Below are positions 62,479 to 64,000 of a DNA stretch of 64,000 nt, in pieces (position 1 is the stretch's first letter; the number at the start of each line of letters is the position of its first letter). The DNA is from Balanoglossus misakiensis (taxonomy: Eukaryota; Animalia; Hemichordata), in contig CM082591.2 of the NCBI GenBank assembly GCA_040954595.2, forward strand, positions 4,697,957 to 4,761,956. The letters run 5' to 3'. The position numbers and the translations under genes were made by a program. The notes beneath the pieces are model-generated. The model was not told the DNA's origin and made no database searches. It worked only from the letters and a program-made list of their open reading frames with translations.

Positions 62479-64000
62479 AATGTAGATATGTACATTCACA
62501 TTTGCAAGGGTTGAACCCTCTGTCTTGTAATTTCCAAAACAAACAGAAGTGTCTTGGAAGAAACTCTGATCGCAGGGTTTTAGTGGCAGACCCAACATTT
62601 CAGACCACGATGGTTACTCATCAACAAATAATAGGGAAGTTTACTGGATGTGATTCTAGTTTTCATTATATTTTTTTTCTACCGTAAGTTCCCTTTTATG
62701 TGTGTCGATAACAATCATAGACCCAGCATAGATTGAAAATAATACTCTCACAATTTAACTCTTTCTATGTAATAATTCCTGAAAGATTCATATTTATTTT
62801 TGTGCTGCTGGTTTTGTTTTTTGTGAAATCATTGTTGTAAGATCAGAGAAGAAAACCCATTTACTTAAAAATATAAGGTACACAAATATTTTTTTTTAAT
62901 TGACGGAAAATTCTTTAATCAGGGGTTATTACAGATATTAGATAGAAAATAGAGTAGGATATTATGTTATTGAGATGTCTATATTAAATGACATCAAAGT
63001 GTAACAAATATTTTATTATGTTACTCTATACTTATGCAATAATTAATGATTGCCAATTTTTGGGTGAATTTATTGTCTTCTCTGTTGTCGGTAGCCCCCA
63101 CCCCTTTGTTGAAAATATTGTTTTACTCGCATAGAGTTTGATGGTGGACTATTCCATCTTAGGGGAGGAGAGGAGGGGTGTTTTTGCAGTTCTTTGAACA
63201 GGGGAGACGGGTGTTCCAGTATTTAATAAGACATGTATGTATATGTATGAAAATAGTATTTTGAAACTGAGGTGTGATAATAATAATGACGAAAAAGTAA
63301 TTTGGTGGAAGAATTTTTTTAGAGGAAAAGCAGAAAATTAAAAAAAATTAAAATGATGGACTGTCATTTATGCAAAGGTTACATTAACTTAAACAGTTGT
63401 CAAATTTGCTGTTTTAGTTGGTTCCAGAAACGTCGTGATAGGGAGTCTTATTCAAATCGTTGTCTGGAGGTACGTTTTGTATGTTGTGACCTAGGGGGAC
63501 AATATAGATTGGTTTCCATAGGAACCCTCAAGCAACAGTGAATTGATTAACATAACAAATTTAAATTGCCAACGTATGGAAAGATTTCTTGTAGTTTGAC
63601 AGAGTGCAAATTTTATTTGTTCAACAGAAACTCGCATTTCAAAATTATGTTATCCGATGCTCATGTTTTGTATCCCAAATATATCCAAGTTTTCCCAGTG
63701 GTCCTTATTTACATATCAGTGCTATTCTTGTGGAGTCCTGTAGTTTTCAGTCTAACCTGAGGGTCTTTATATCAGTGTACAAGCCTGAAGGAGTACGTGT
63801 ACTCCCCAAGTTTTCAGGAAAAAAGTTAAATCACTACATTGTATTGAGATGCTCTTTTTGACTGTCGCTTTGCATAGACATGAGTAGGTGAATTCAGAAA
63901 TAGTCTGCAACCAACGTAAGGAATGTTCACAGGACTCCAAGATGAAAGCCTGGTTGTATAGAGATGTATCTACAGTATTCTCATCTTGGTTTGTGGTTTC

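Overview
Eukaryotic, AT-rich, intron-containing genomic DNA from an animal, most likely an invertebrate deuterostome (hemichordate/amphioxus/echinoderm-like; inferred from protein similarity only). Most ORFs in the supplied track are spurious, so I rebuilt the genes by hand from GT-AG sites and reading-frame phase. All genes are on the + strand, in this order: (1) DNAI7/CASC1, 16 coding exons found at 6241-29785, with the ATG exon not located; (2) a TRIM-NHL gene (RING, 2 B-boxes, coiled coil, filamin, NHL) with an intron-free CDS at 31720-33930; (3) a small spliced gene for an 84-aa protein with a Spo12-type SPTDxxxSPCxxKL motif and a C-terminal KEN box at 35339-35825; (4) RPS10 at 37346-39411; (5) a divergent PACSIN/syndapin paralogue at 41162-46302; (6) a canonical PACSIN at 56436-62045. 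Introns and intergenic DNA hold several MITE families (piggyBac-like, Kolobok-like, Tc1/mariner-pogo-like) and microsatellites. Best leads: the Spo12-like microprotein, the tandem PACSIN pair with discordant introns and linkers, a GCATG-rich repeat after a cassette exon, a MITE with duplicated perfect RFX X-boxes inside the ciliary gene, RPS10-PACSIN adjacency also seen in human, and candidate snoRNAs in RPS10 introns. No database search was run; family assignments come from recognising motifs.
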